A stretch of DNA of 64,000 bases from an uncultured Planctomycetia bacterium (GTDB taxonomy: Bacteria > Omnitrophota > Gorgyraeia > Gorgyraeales > Gorgyraeaceae), in contig CAYPYS010000002.1 in NCBI GenBank assembly GCA_964415355.1, positions 74,475 through 138,474 of the forward strand. The letters run 5' to 3'. Under the pieces are notes generated by a model. That model ran no database searches and was not told the DNA's origin. It saw only the letters and a program-made list of their open reading frames with translations. A program made the position numbers and the translations under genes. How positions within the stretch are numbered: position 1 is the first letter of the stretch; each line of letters begins with the position of its first letter. Below are positions 1-9,349 of this stretch, one piece after another.

Positions 1-585
1 TTTATCAAAGAAAGCGCCGGAACGCTCGTAATCAAAATCTTTTAACGACTCTATGCCCTGTTTCTCAGCCCCGTATTTTTTGATCTGCGCGTCGAATATC
101 TGCATTGTCGCTTCAGCGTCACCTAGGGCAGAATGGGCATTGCTGAGTTTCTTGCCGCAGTATAGCTGGTAAGCAGCTGTAAGGTCCCTTTTTTCGTGTA
201 TATGATAGATCTTCTGCGCGTCATATATGTTACGCTCGCGCCAATTAAAATTTAAACCCGCCTCAAAAAACTCGCGTTCCAGCACCGGCAGGTCAAACCT
301 CTCGATATTGAACCCGCCAATATCAGAATCACCTATAAATTCAAGCGCCTCTTTGGCTATATCCTTGAATCGCGGCGCGTGCTTAACGTCATCATCCGTT
401 ATATTGATAACGCGGCTGACTTCAGGCGGGATCGGCATGCCGGGATTGACGCGTTTTAGATAGTCCTGTCTTGAGCCATCAGGCATGAGCTTTATCATGC
501 CGATCTCGACTATTTTATCTTTTTCGATCCATACACCAGTCGTTTCAAGATCGAATACTACCAAAGGATGCCTTGGTTTAATCAT
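1..585 (-). CDS. DEDDh 3'-5' exonuclease (DNA Pol III epsilon-like), runs off the window edge
   Basis: Hand translation from ATG 585: MIKPRHPLVVFDLETTG...GFNIERFDLPVL...AHSALGDAEAT (ExoI/II/III motifs); not in the ORF track. Confidence 0.9.
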   Translation of the reverse strand, partial: MIKPRHPLVVFDLETTGVWIEKDKIVEIGMIKLMPDGSRQDYLKRVNPGMPIPPEVSRVINITDDDVKHAPRFKDIAKEALEFIGDSDIGGFNIERFDLPVLEREFFEAGLNFNWRERNIYDAQKIYHIHEKRDLTAAYQLYCGKKLSNAHSALGDAEATMQIFDAQIKKYGAEKQGIESLKDFDYERSGAFFDK

Positions 586-590
586 AGTTA

Positions 591-752
591 TTATGTTGTC
601 GCGGCAGGGTCTTCTCGATTCGCAGTTTCTCCCGAATCCGGGTTGGCCTGCATGTTTTTCTTGTCCAGCTTGCGCTGTCTCTTCGCCTCTCTTTTCTTTT
701 TCCTTGCCAGTTCTTTCTGAAACTTTCTATATGAATAGTTATCCCTAGCCAA
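591..752 (-). CDS. Small basic hypothetical protein (53 aa)
   Basis: TTG start after AGGAGG SD; MARDNYSYRKFQKELARKKKREAKRQRKLDKK...; fills the gap between two co-oriented genes. Confidence 0.7.
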   Translation of the reverse strand: MARDNYSYRKFQKELARKKKREAKRQRKLDKKNMQANPDSGETANREDPAATT

Positions 753-779
753 TATGTCCTCCTTGTTTAATCTGGATAT

Positions 780-1286
780 TTAGGCGCGTTTTTTCCTGCG
801 CGCGAAAAACGATTTCTTTTTCTTGGCGGTTTTTTTCTTTTTTTCAACACGTTTTTTATTTTTATCGGAACGGGGCTCCTGAGGAAAATTTCTTTCTTTG
901 GGCCTGTTGTCCTGGTTTGCGTTAAACAGGTTGCCTTTTTTTCGCTCTGAAAAGCATTCCTTGCAGTATACCGGACGGCCTGCGCTGGGCTTGAACGGGA
1001 CTTCACATTCTTTACTGCAATCTGCGCAAATGACCCGGGTATAAGTCTTTTCCCTGTGACCGCTGCCATGTCTTGGCCTGTCATGGCGATTGGGGTGTTC
1101 GAAGCGGCGAGGAGGCTTTTGGGAATAATCTTTTTCAAAAGGCCTTTTTGAAGACTGACTTATCAGGATATCCAATTTTTTCTCAACGGCACTCATCTGC
1201 TGCTGAACTTTATTCATAAGGTCAGCTATGATCGGCCCATCCTGCGACGCAGATGATGATTTTTTGCGTTTAAAATATTTTTTCAC
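780..1286 (-). CDS. CxxC-x17-CxxC zinc-ribbon protein with Lys-rich tail
   Basis: CADCSKECEVPFKPSAGRPVYCKECF motif; GGAGG SD before GTG. Confidence 0.8.
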   Translation of the reverse strand: MKKYFKRKKSSSASQDGPIIADLMNKVQQQMSAVEKKLDILISQSSKRPFEKDYSQKPPRRFEHPNRHDRPRHGSGHREKTYTRVICADCSKECEVPFKPSAGRPVYCKECFSERKKGNLFNANQDNRPKERNFPQEPRSDKNKKRVEKKKKTAKKKKSFFARRKKRA

Positions 1287-1328
1287 ATTGCCTCCAATGT
1301 TGATTTGCTGCGTTTTAGCTGCGTATAT

Positions 1329-1357
1329 AGAATACTACCATGAGCTTGTTAAGTCAA
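1329..1357 (-). promoter_or_regulatory. sigma70-type promoter
   Basis: TTGACT-N17-TATTCT upstream of 780..1286. Confidence 0.55.
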
Positions 1358-1363
1358 GGCGGG

Positions 1364-1394
1364 ACATTTCAACAACGTTAAAGTGTAAAGTTAG
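1364..1394. repeat. Palindrome family A, left-truncated copy
   Basis: ACATTTCAACAACGTTAAAGTGTAAAGTTAG; the PfkB gene reads into it (SNFTL*). Confidence 0.9.
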
Positions 1395-2322
1395 ATAGAA
1401 AAGAATTTACCTGCTTTATGTCTTTTATGCCTTTGCTGGAGCCTGGCTTGGTGCAGATCAAGGCAGATACTGCTGAGGCAAACTCGAGACATGGTTTTAT
1501 GTCGCCAAATACTTTCCTCTCTCCTTTTGTGACTATTTTATGCAGAAGCCCCGCTGTGAAGGCGTCTCCTGCGCCGATCGTGTCAGCTATTTTAACTTTA
1601 AAAGCCGGGCATTTGACTAACTTGCCGCTGGAATCCATGTAAGCAGAGCCTTTGGCTCCGAGCGTCAACACAAATTTGCAGTCAGCCATTTTTTTAAGCT
1701 TCTTCAGGCCTTTTTTCTGATCTTTTTGGCCTGTCAGGAAACGTAAATCTACTTCGCTTATTTTAGCCAGGTCTACCAGTCTTAGTAGATTTAAAACCCT
1801 GCCTTTGACTATTTTTTTATCCTTTATAGCGTAAGGCCTAATGTTTGGGTCAAATGATATAAACACATTTCTTTTCTTGAGATGCTTAATGTATTTTAAG
1901 GCTTCTTCGTAGGTTTCCTTTTGATATGAAAAGCTTGAGCCAAAATGGAAGCATTTGCAGGTATTTAATATCTCTCTCGGGGCATTTTTTAGCGGGACAA
2001 TCGAATCCTTGGCAGCATTTTTATAAAAGACATATTTTGAATTACCTGATTTATCAATGCTTGCTATGGCGAGCGAGGTGTGGATACCAGGGTCTTCGAT
2101 TAGGCCTTTTGTATTAACCCCGCATGATCTTAAGGACCTGACCGCGAATTCTCCCAGGGGATCCTTGCCGATCTTTGACAGCATAGCTGTTTTAAGGCCT
2201 AATTTCGCGCTTATTAAAGCCGAATTAGTAATAGAGCCGCCTGCAGAAGCCGTGAATCTTAGCTTATTTTTATCCTGGATGAGGTCTATAGAGGTGCCGC
2301 CTAAGAAGAGAACATCTATCAT
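1378..2322 (-). CDS. PfkB-family carbohydrate kinase (fructokinase-like)
   Basis: GGS..N, DPNIR, DTIGAGDAF motifs. Confidence 0.9.
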   Translation of the reverse strand: MIDVLFLGGTSIDLIQDKNKLRFTASAGGSITNSALISAKLGLKTAMLSKIGKDPLGEFAVRSLRSCGVNTKGLIEDPGIHTSLAIASIDKSGNSKYVFYKNAAKDSIVPLKNAPREILNTCKCFHFGSSFSYQKETYEEALKYIKHLKKRNVFISFDPNIRPYAIKDKKIVKGRVLNLLRLVDLAKISEVDLRFLTGQKDQKKGLKKLKKMADCKFVLTLGAKGSAYMDSSGKLVKCPAFKVKIADTIGAGDAFTAGLLHKIVTKGERKVFGDIKPCLEFASAVSALICTKPGSSKGIKDIKQVNSFLSNFTL

Positions 2323-2330
2323 ATAACTCG

Positions 2331-2369
2331 CTAACTTTACATTTCAACAACGTTAAAATGTAAAGTTAG
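2331..2369. repeat. Palindrome family A copy
   Basis: CTAACTTTACATTTCAACAACGTTAAAATGTAAAGTTAG. Confidence 0.95.
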
Positions 2370-2380
2370 CTTATTTTGTT

Positions 2381-2719
2381 CTATGTTAAGAAATCCAGAA
2401 GATGCCGGCTAAAAAGCAGGAATATCAGCATCACGAGGACAATGATAATGCCGTATAACATCAAAAAGAGATGAGAATGAACAGTGTTTTTTAATAAAGC
2501 ACTGTAGTTTTCTCTTCTTGTCTCGTCGTAACGTGATAACTTGATCCTTTCGTCTCTGGATAAGCCGGGAAAATATGGTTTCCAGTGACGGCATTCATGT
2601 TTTCCTTTGTACCAACGATCAGAGCGCAAGCATTCGATCAGTAAGTTGGTTCCTCTGCCGAATTTGTTATGGCCTTTAAAGTTGCAATTTGCGCAAGATG
2701 TTAATGAAAGCCGACCCAT
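2381..2719 (-). CDS. Hypothetical protein with Cys-rich N-terminus and C-terminal TM helix
   Basis: CANC...EC...ECRHW plus hydrophobic tail. Confidence 0.55.
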   Translation of the reverse strand: MGRLSLTSCANCNFKGHNKFGRGTNLLIECLRSDRWYKGKHECRHWKPYFPGLSRDERIKLSRYDETRRENYSALLKNTVHSHLFLMLYGIIIVLVMLIFLLFSRHLLDFLT

Positions 2720-2750
2720 ATAATTTTAGCTAATGTATCCCAGGGTTATG

Positions 2751-2918
2751 TTATTTCTTTTTTCCTACCAAAAAATACAGAATCATTCCTACCACAGGTA
2801 ATACTAAGACCAAAACGACCCATAATGCCTTTTTGCCGGCGCTCATGGAGCTTTTTACCGCGTCTACAATAGCAATGATGTCTAGCACTACAATTATCAA
2901 TCCTAATAATCCGCCCAT
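2751..2918 (-). CDS. PLDc_N-like two-TM small membrane protein (55 aa)
   Basis: Hand translation MGGLLGLIIVVLDIIAIVDAVKSSMSAGKKALWVVLVLVLPVVGMILYFLVGKKK; AGGAGG SD; not in the ORF track. Confidence 0.85.
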   Translation of the reverse strand: MGGLLGLIIVVLDIIAIVDAVKSSMSAGKKALWVVLVLVLPVVGMILYFLVGKKK

Positions 2919-2941
2919 TTCCGCCTCCTTTTTTGGCTTTA

Positions 2942-3490
2942 TTAACGGCCTTCGTTTTCGTGTACAAGCTCGGCCAAATTCTCAAGGTCAAATTTAAAGG
3001 TCTTGTATTTGCCGCCTTTTTGCATGCTCATTAGCTGTACCCATAACTTGTATTTTTTGCCATCAACTACCTTGTCCGGCGGGATATCGAATAGCATGAG
3101 TTCCCTGGTCAAGGTACCTTTTGCTTTTTTGGTCTCTTTTCCTGAGCCAAAGGTTATAAATCCCTTGTCTTTTTTACTTGTCGGGTATGGCTCCTCATCT
3201 ACTACACCCTGGACGAGTATGGTCTTTGATTCGATGCTCAGGCGCCCTAATCTAGGCCCTACTATTATCGCATTGTGGATCTTTGGCTTTGTCTTGTACA
3301 TCCTGCCCGTTATCTTGGCTTCCAGGATATTTCCTTTTAGGTATGCTTCTACGGCGACTGTTTGTTTTTTGAACTCTTTGGCTTCTCTTAGCATTAGTAT
3401 AGGCTCGTCCTGCGCTTGCAGCACTGTCACCAGGCACGGTACGGATGATATTATGACGATAACCGCTAATAATAATGATATTTTTTTCAT
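2942..3490 (-). CDS. Exported hypothetical protein
   Basis: Signal-peptide-like N-terminus; 182 aa. Confidence 0.7.
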   Translation of the reverse strand: MKKISLLLAVIVIISSVPCLVTVLQAQDEPILMLREAKEFKKQTVAVEAYLKGNILEAKITGRMYKTKPKIHNAIIVGPRLGRLSIESKTILVQGVVDEEPYPTSKKDKGFITFGSGKETKKAKGTLTRELMLFDIPPDKVVDGKKYKLWVQLMSMQKGGKYKTFKFDLENLAELVHENEGR

Positions 3491-3500
3491 CGCGCCCCCT

Positions 3501-3701
3501 TTATTTTTTAGAATATTTTAATACGAAAAATAAGAATGCGGCAGCCCATACGAGCATGAGGATCGTGGATATGTTTATTATAAAGCATTGCCGGGTCGAA
3601 CAAGCCATTTTTAGAAACAATATATTTACCAGGACAAGAATGCCTAGCAAAGCAACTATAGTGACCCACAACGCCTTGAATATTCTGGTTTTATTTTTCA
3701 T
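3501..3701 (-). CDS. Small two-TM membrane protein
   Basis: Two hydrophobic segments; overlaps the end of the upstream gene. Confidence 0.55.
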   Translation of the reverse strand: MKNKTRIFKALWVTIVALLGILVLVNILFLKMACSTRQCFIINISTILMLVWAAAFLFFVLKYSKK

Positions 3702-4419
3702 CTTCAGAGCTATTGAACAAGCTTTTTATTTCCTCAAAGGCCTTTTTAAACACATTTTTGCTTTCGCCTAATACATCAGAGGCGAGATCTTCGAATCCAT
3801 CAAAGTCCGAGAACGTGTTTAAAGCAGTGCTTATCACAGCCTTCGCTATTATTATCTTCATTATTGCGTCGGTATTTTTTATATTTTTATACCTTGCGTT
3901 TATGTTGATGTCAAACTCCGTGATGACGGGTTTTCCTCCGAAAGAGTAATCTTTATATATTACTTTGCCCATCTTAAGATGCAGGTTGTCTATTTGCAGG
4001 CTTCGAGGCCCGGAATCTTTTTCTTTTTGCTTTGTGGTTTCTTTTTTCTTTAAGCTTTTTATGTGATCCAGGTTTTTTCTGCCGCTTTTTTTCTTTACTA
4101 TGGTCAGTTCTTTGAGGTCTATCTTTATATTCTCCAGACGGATTTTTCTCTTTAAGATATCCGACAGATTATAATCAATATATATCTCGGGCAGTTCTGC
4201 CATTATCCTGTCGTCGAAGCCTTTCGGGTTTAAAATAAACATATCTTTGATGTCGATAAAATTCTTGGAAAAACTTGTTTTTAATTCGCCTATTTTTATC
4301 CTTAGTCCCGTCTTGTAGGATACGGCGCTTTCAATGGACGCCTTTATTATGGTATCCTTTAAGAGAAAAAGCACAAAGAGAGCGATTGCTAAAATTAGAA
4401 TAAAGCGTATTTTTTTCAT
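3691..4419 (-). CDS. AsmA-like membrane-anchored protein
   Basis: N-terminal anchor, 'ILNPKGF' motif and beta-strand repeats typical of short AsmA-family proteins. Confidence 0.65.
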   Translation of the reverse strand: MKKIRFILILAIALFVLFLLKDTIIKASIESAVSYKTGLRIKIGELKTSFSKNFIDIKDMFILNPKGFDDRIMAELPEIYIDYNLSDILKRKIRLENIKIDLKELTIVKKKSGRKNLDHIKSLKKKETTKQKEKDSGPRSLQIDNLHLKMGKVIYKDYSFGGKPVITEFDININARYKNIKNTDAIMKIIIAKAVISTALNTFSDFDGFEDLASDVLGESKNVFKKAFEEIKSLFNSSEDEK

Positions 4420-4432
4420 TATCTGAGTTTTG

Positions 4433-4786
4433 TCAGAAAAGTCGTTTTTTTAAGAGTTTTACCCCTATTTCATATGCCGGGTCTTCCGCGTCATCTCTTG
4501 CGGTAAGCTCTTCGAACCACATTACCTTTGCCTTGGATGACAGGGATCCATTGCTATTAGGATCTTCTATTTCCAGTTCAACCGTATGCCCTTTCTGGAT
4601 CTTTTTGTCCACGGGGAACCTTAGGCCATTTCGGGAGATATTTTTTGTTATGCTTTCGCCTCGAGAATCTGACTCGGGATCGAAATATTTTAGCTTCAGC
4701 AGGGCGTCGTATCTCTTCGCGGATCTGCGATCGTCGACAAACCTTTCTTCTCGTTTTGTTTTAAATAACCTTGATGGTATTCTCAT
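4433..4786 (-). CDS. PilZ-domain protein
   Basis: RSAKR and NISRNG motifs. Confidence 0.85.
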   Translation of the reverse strand: MRIPSRLFKTKREERFVDDRRSAKRYDALLKLKYFDPESDSRGESITKNISRNGLRFPVDKKIQKGHTVELEIEDPNSNGSLSSKAKVMWFEELTARDDAEDPAYEIGVKLLKKRLF

Positions 4787-4799
4787 GTTTTACCTTGTT

Positions 4800-4838
4800 C
4801 TAACTTTACACTTTAACGTTGTTGAAATGTAAAGTTAG
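4800..4838. repeat. Palindrome family A copy; supplies stop of 4835..5173
   Basis: CTAACTTTACACTTTAACGTTGTTGAAATGTAAAGTTAG. Confidence 0.95.
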
Positions 4839-5173
4839 AGGTTATTGATGAGTCTGCTTATGTAAAGTAGTTGCCTATCCAGGAACTTTATGCCAGCTTC
4901 AAAATGTTCCTCGCTCTCTTTGCTCATAGGCTCATCCCAGATCCAGACTACCTTCCCCCTGCAGCGCGCTTTTATATCCGAGTTATACCTGAATATTTCC
5001 ATATCCAGCGTGGTTCCCGGAGATAGGCTTTTTAAAAGAGACATCCTGACCCCACCCGCGCTGATATTCTTTGTGGTTGTGCAGAATTCCCTATTGCTTC
5101 CAACGGGGCTATACCTTACTGCTAATTCTTTGTCCAGACGTTCGAAGATTCGGCTGTCTGTACTGATACGCAT
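4835..5173 (-). CDS. PilZ-domain protein
   Basis: RIFER and NISAGG motifs. Confidence 0.85.
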   Translation of the reverse strand: MRISTDSRIFERLDKELAVRYSPVGSNREFCTTTKNISAGGVRMSLLKSLSPGTTLDMEIFRYNSDIKARCRGKVVWIWDEPMSKESEEHFEAGIKFLDRQLLYISRLINNL

Positions 5174-5610
5174 GCACTCCCCCTTTCTTTGAACAGCTTT
5201 TCTACTTTGAATTTATTTATTGCCCTGAAAGAGAAAAAATATGCAAATGGAGATACAGTGGGATTGACCAATTGATCAATAAAGATATGCAGGGCCAGGC
5301 TCATGGTCGCGTATATCCATAAGATGTTTAGATCGAACCTGAAGATGAGCAGCCATGATATGAGCACTATTTCATATGAATGCAGGAAAATCACTATTTT
5401 GTCAAAATTCTTGTAACTGTCCCTGCACTCGACGTATATTTTTTTGAGATCGAAACCCAGGCCGCGTTCTCTGACATAATCTATATAGTGATCGATGTCT
5501 ATAAGCACGCCTGCCGAGAGAAACATAAAGAAACCGGGCACAGACTGAGTGGCTTTATAAAGTATGCTTCCCAGGGTCAGCGTGATTATGGAATGTCCAA
5601 TAACACTCAT
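5122..5610 (-). CDS. Membrane protein, possible metal-dependent hydrolase (YdjM-like)
   Basis: GHS, DIDH, LHS and HIFID motifs between TM segments. Confidence 0.55.
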   Translation of the reverse strand: MSVIGHSIITLTLGSILYKATQSVPGFFMFLSAGVLIDIDHYIDYVRERGLGFDLKKIYVECRDSYKNFDKIVIFLHSYEIVLISWLLIFRFDLNILWIYATMSLALHIFIDQLVNPTVSPFAYFFSFRAINKFKVEKLFKERGSACVSVQTAESSNVWTKN

Positions 5611-6527
5611 TCTAGTTTTGTGCCGTCATAAGGACAATAGTTGGTCTTGCCCGAGTAGATTTTTCTGCAGACAGGACACATTACCTTAAGAGGCTGTTCT
5701 TTGTTGGGCTCAGACGCTAAATTTGTAATTTTTTGCTCTTCAGATCGAGAAGATGGTGTTGCTGGTTTTTGCTCAGGGTCATTGTCAGCTTTATTTATTA
5801 TTTCCGGTATCTCGTTTTTTAGCATTTTTATTCTCTGTGACGCGTAGGGGTGGGTGCGTAAAAATAAAATGCCCTTTCCGCCCTTATCTTTTTTTTCCAG
5901 TTTTTCAAGGAATGTTATCATGGCGTTGGGATCGTAACCGGCTTTGTACGCATATTTTACCCCAAGCCTGTCTGACAGGAGCTCGTCTTCCCTGGAATAA
6001 CCGAGCATGATCAGATTGTAGCTGATAGAGGCCGCTTGTCGCAATTCCCCTAGTCCTGCCTTTTGGGCGGCGATGTTCATTAATATGTCGTATCCGATTT
6101 TAGCCTGAAGTTTTTTAACTATATGACGCGCTGCGACGTGTCCGATTTCATGGCCTACCACGCAGGCGAGTTCGTTGTCAGTGGATTCTTCGATAAGACC
6201 TGAGTTTACGTAGATATAGCCGCCTGGTGTCGCAAAGGCATTGAGTTCCTCGTCTTCTATAACAGAAAAATTATACCTTAGATCTTTTCGGTCCGATACC
6301 TTGGCTAATTCAGAACCTATTTTATTTAGTCGTTTTATTTTTTTCTGGTCGTTGCTTATTTTGTACTGCGTTGATACTTTGGTGGCGACTGCTTTTCCTA
6401 AAGAGACCTCAGCGGGGGTGCCTATGAAGATAAACTCGTTCTGGCCGGTTGCGGGGTTATATATGGTGGCGCAGCCCGATAAAGCGAATGAAGTTGCCAA
6501 TAATAATATTAGACAACACTTTGACAT
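5607..6527 (-). CDS. M48-family metallopeptidase lipoprotein with C-terminal zinc ribbon
   Basis: Lipobox LSGC; NAFA, HEIGH, YSREDE, THP motifs. Confidence 0.9.
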   Translation of the reverse strand: MSKCCLILLLATSFALSGCATIYNPATGQNEFIFIGTPAEVSLGKAVATKVSTQYKISNDQKKIKRLNKIGSELAKVSDRKDLRYNFSVIEDEELNAFATPGGYIYVNSGLIEESTDNELACVVGHEIGHVAARHIVKKLQAKIGYDILMNIAAQKAGLGELRQAASISYNLIMLGYSREDELLSDRLGVKYAYKAGYDPNAMITFLEKLEKKDKGGKGILFLRTHPYASQRIKMLKNEIPEIINKADNDPEQKPATPSSRSEEQKITNLASEPNKEQPLKVMCPVCRKIYSGKTNYCPYDGTKLE

Positions 6528-6567
6528 ATTTGCAACACCTTTGATGGTAGGTTACAAATCCGCTTGC

Positions 6568-6606
6568 CTAACTTTACATTTCAACAACGTTAAAGTGTAA
6601 AGTTAG
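6568..6606. repeat. Palindrome family A copy
   Basis: Consensus copy 2 nt from the yqeY stop. Confidence 0.95.
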
Positions 6607-6608
6607 CT

Positions 6609-7061
6609 TTATGCTGTTAGCAATTTTTGAACTATTGAGGTGACTAGTTTTCCGTCAGCCTGCCCTTTTAACTCCTGCATGGTTAATTTCATTACCTTGC
6701 CAAAGTCGGATTTTGAACGTGCTCCTGTCTCGGCTATGATCTTTTTTATTATCTCTTCGACCTTGTCGTCTCCCAGCTGTTCAGGCAGATACGATTTAAG
6801 TATCTTGAGTTCCTTTGTCTCTTTTTCAGCCAGGTCAGCCCTGTCCCCTTTTTTAAAGCTTTCAATGGAATCATTTCGCTGCTTTGCCTGTTTTGATAGC
6901 ACCTTGATTACGTCCTGATCTTCAAGCGCGCCTACCTTTTTTTCGATAGCAAGGTTTTTCATCGAGGCGATCATCATGCGGAGCGTCGAGGTGCGGAGCT
7001 GGTCTTTATTTTTAATAGAATCCTTAAGGTCATTCGTTATTTTTTGTTCAAGTTTTCCCAT
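6609..7061 (-). CDS. yqeY: GatB/YqeY-domain protein
   Basis: KQRNDSIESF, EL.IL.SYLPEQL, GKVMK...ADGK. Confidence 0.9.
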   Translation of the reverse strand: MGKLEQKITNDLKDSIKNKDQLRTSTLRMMIASMKNLAIEKKVGALEDQDVIKVLSKQAKQRNDSIESFKKGDRADLAEKETKELKILKSYLPEQLGDDKVEEIIKKIIAETGARSKSDFGKVMKLTMQELKGQADGKLVTSIVQKLLTA

Positions 7062-7077
7062 TCAGGACCTCTCTTTT

Positions 7078-7488
7078 TTATTTATTAGCTTTTGAAGGCG
7101 CCTTTATCTTCAGGCTATCCAGCTCGCTCAGTTTTCCTACCTTTTTATACATCAGATCGCATAAAAACCTTAGAAAGGTATTTTTGTTGTCTTCTTCAAC
7201 ATCGCTAAATTCAATTCCGGCTCCGTAAGACGGACCTTTATTAGTACCGATCTCTTTTGACCACATCACTATACCGTTTAGATGGGCCGGATTCAGCGCG
7301 CCCGGGATAAATATTTTTAACATCAGCTTGTTGCCGTTTTCCAGCTTTTCTTCCGTTAAGAGCTGTAATCCCCCGGCGCTTACGTCTTTAGTTATCCCTG
7401 TTCTTTCAAGCTTAATATCCTTCTTTTGGACGATAAAATTTACTTTCAGGGAGATATCGAACCTTATAAATCTTCTTTTCTCTTTCAT
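7078..7488 (-). CDS. PilZ-domain protein
   Basis: RRFIR and DVSAGG motifs. Confidence 0.85.
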   Translation of the reverse strand: MKEKRRFIRFDISLKVNFIVQKKDIKLERTGITKDVSAGGLQLLTEEKLENGNKLMLKIFIPGALNPAHLNGIVMWSKEIGTNKGPSYGAGIEFSDVEEDNKNTFLRFLCDLMYKKVGKLSELDSLKIKAPSKANK

Positions 7489-7490
7489 GG

Positions 7491-7982
7491 TCAGCTCACT
7501 TCCTTTATTGTTAGTTTCGGGCGAGCAATAGATTTGTATATCACCCCAGCCTCTTTAAAAAGAGGCAAAAAACTTTTATCCGCATACTCGCCGCAGGTTA
7601 TAAAACTTTTCACCTTTGCGTTTACGATCATTTTGGCGCACAATATGCAAGGAGAATGAGTGCAATAAATAGTACTACCATCTATATTAATGCCATGAAG
7701 ACCTGCTTGTATTATAGCGTTCTGCTCTGCGTGTATCGCGCGGCATATTTCGTGCCTTTCGCCTGAAGGTATGCCTTTTTCATTTCTCAGGCAGCCGAGT
7801 TTCAGGCAATCTTTTACCCCTCTCGCGGCCCCGTTGTATCCCGTAGTGAGTATGTGCTTGTCCCTGACGATCACTGCGCCCACGTGATGCCTGCGGCATG
7901 TGGAACGCTCTGCGACCAGAAAAGACATCTTTAAAAAATATTCATCCCAATCAGGTCTTTGGATTCTTTTCGATCGCTTCAT
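7491..7982 (-). CDS. dCMP deaminase (ComEB-like)
   Basis: RSTC, TGYNG, HAEQNA, PCILC motifs. Confidence 0.9.
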   Translation of the reverse strand: MKRSKRIQRPDWDEYFLKMSFLVAERSTCRRHHVGAVIVRDKHILTTGYNGAARGVKDCLKLGCLRNEKGIPSGERHEICRAIHAEQNAIIQAGLHGINIDGSTIYCTHSPCILCAKMIVNAKVKSFITCGEYADKSFLPLFKEAGVIYKSIARPKLTIKEVS

Positions 7983-8499
7983 CTATCTTTCTGCGGAATT
8001 CTTTCAGCCCGGAGTCGTTTACGATGATCACATCGGCCATGCCCAGGCATTTTCTAAGCTGCTGGTTATTTTTTTCTTCCTTGTTTTCTTTTTCTTCTTT
8101 TTTAATAAATTCTTCCAGGGTTTTTGCGTCTCCGGGCCTTTTTCTCTTCAAGCCTCTTTCGTGCCTTAATTTTACAGGCGCGTTTACCCCTATTAATACA
8201 AAATCATCCAGTTTTCTGAGCTCAGCTATCTCTTCCGGGTTTCTTATGGAGTCGACTACATGGTCTTCTTTTTTTAGCAGCTCTTCTTTTATTCTGACCG
8301 CTAAGCAGGAAGGCCCGAATTCTTCCCTGAGCTCATTTCCTAATCTTATAAGGTTTTCGCGCAGGGGTTCTATTTTTCTTTTTATCGCCTCATCTCTTAA
8401 TACATCTGAAAGAGAATGATAAAGAAACCCCTTGGATTTTATATAAAGAGCAGCTTCGCCTTTTCCCGAAGCATTAGGACCGGTGAGTCCTATGATCAT
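7951..8499 (-). CDS. P-loop nucleotide kinase (dephospho-CoA/NMP-kinase-like)
   Basis: GLTGPNASGK Walker A; VDSIRN. Confidence 0.75.
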   Translation of the reverse strand: MIIGLTGPNASGKGEAALYIKSKGFLYHSLSDVLRDEAIKRKIEPLRENLIRLGNELREEFGPSCLAVRIKEELLKKEDHVVDSIRNPEEIAELRKLDDFVLIGVNAPVKLRHERGLKRKRPGDAKTLEEFIKKEEKENKEEKNNQQLRKCLGMADVIIVNDSGLKEFRRKIDEAIEKNPKT

Positions 8500-8500
8500 G

Positions 8501-8827
8501 CTATTTCACTGTTGAGCCTGGCGAAATGTCTTTGTCAGGAGAAAGGACTACTATTTTTTCGCTGTCAGAAGCCGCTAGCACCATGCCCTTACTTTCGACG
8601 CCACGAATCGTAGCAGGCTCTATGTTTTCGACCACAGCCACTAGTTTTTCCTTTAGATCTTCCGGCTTATAAGACTTTTTTATCCCTGCGACTACTTCTC
8701 TTTCTTCTGAGCCCAGGTCTATCTTTAGGATATAAAGCTTATCGGCATTAGGGTGGTCTTTTACCTCTTTTATTCTGGCTATTTTTATGTTCAGTTTCTT
8801 GAATTCCTCAAATGGAATCATGATCAT
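8501..8827 (-). CDS. tRNA-binding OB-fold protein (MetRS C-terminal/CsaA-like)
   Basis: HPNADKL, RGVESKGMVLAA; start moved to the ATG coupled to the upstream TGA. Confidence 0.9.
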   Translation of the reverse strand: MIMIPFEEFKKLNIKIARIKEVKDHPNADKLYILKIDLGSEEREVVAGIKKSYKPEDLKEKLVAVVENIEPATIRGVESKGMVLAASDSEKIVVLSPDKDISPGSTVK

Positions 8828-9183
8828 GCCCTCGCCTTCTCTAGCTCGGAAAACATAAGACCGCATATGTATTCCAAGAAGTTGTTTTTTGCTTTCAGGT
8901 CTATTTCTTCGAATTTAATCCCAATGTCTATTTTACCAGCTTTTTCGCCAACTGTCCATACTACCTTGCCTATGGCAGAAATAGGCCTTAGTAGTGCTGG
9001 TATGAAGATTTCCATCTCAAGCCAATCCCCTTTTTTAATCTGCTTTGGTAATAATGCTCTTATGCCGCTGGGGCTTATGTTTTTAGTGACGGCTTTTTTT
9101 GGCGGCGTCTTCGAATCCTTGATCTTATAGGTAAAGTCCAAGGCTGCTTCTAATCTGATATACTTTCTTCTCTCTTTTATCAT
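8824..9183 (-). CDS. PilZ-domain protein
   Basis: RKYIR and NISPSG motifs. Confidence 0.85.
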   Translation of the reverse strand: MIKERRKYIRLEAALDFTYKIKDSKTPPKKAVTKNISPSGIRALLPKQIKKGDWLEMEIFIPALLRPISAIGKVVWTVGEKAGKIDIGIKFEEIDLKAKNNFLEYICGLMFSELEKARA

Positions 9184-9310
9184 ATGCTATAGCCTCCATT
9201 GTCGAATATTGCGGTTTTACTGGGGAATTTTACAGATATGCAAGGTGGATTTCTTCGCGGGGATGGCACGCCTGTACCTGTGCCTAGCAAGGTTATTTCC
9301 ATATTTTCTG

Positions 9311-9349
9311 TTAAGTATACATTTTAACGTTGTTGAAATGTATACTTAG
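9311..9349. repeat. Palindrome family A, AGTATACA-arm variant; supplies stop of 9346..9825
   Basis: TTAAGTATACATTTTAACGTTGTTGAAATGTATACTTAG. Confidence 0.9.

Noticed and set aside
9190-9305. c-di-GMP riboswitch in the leader of the PilZ gene 8824..9183
   Set aside because: No GEMM consensus is recognisable. Only a degenerate family B-like fragment is visible near 9247-9268. An Rfam cmscan would settle it.
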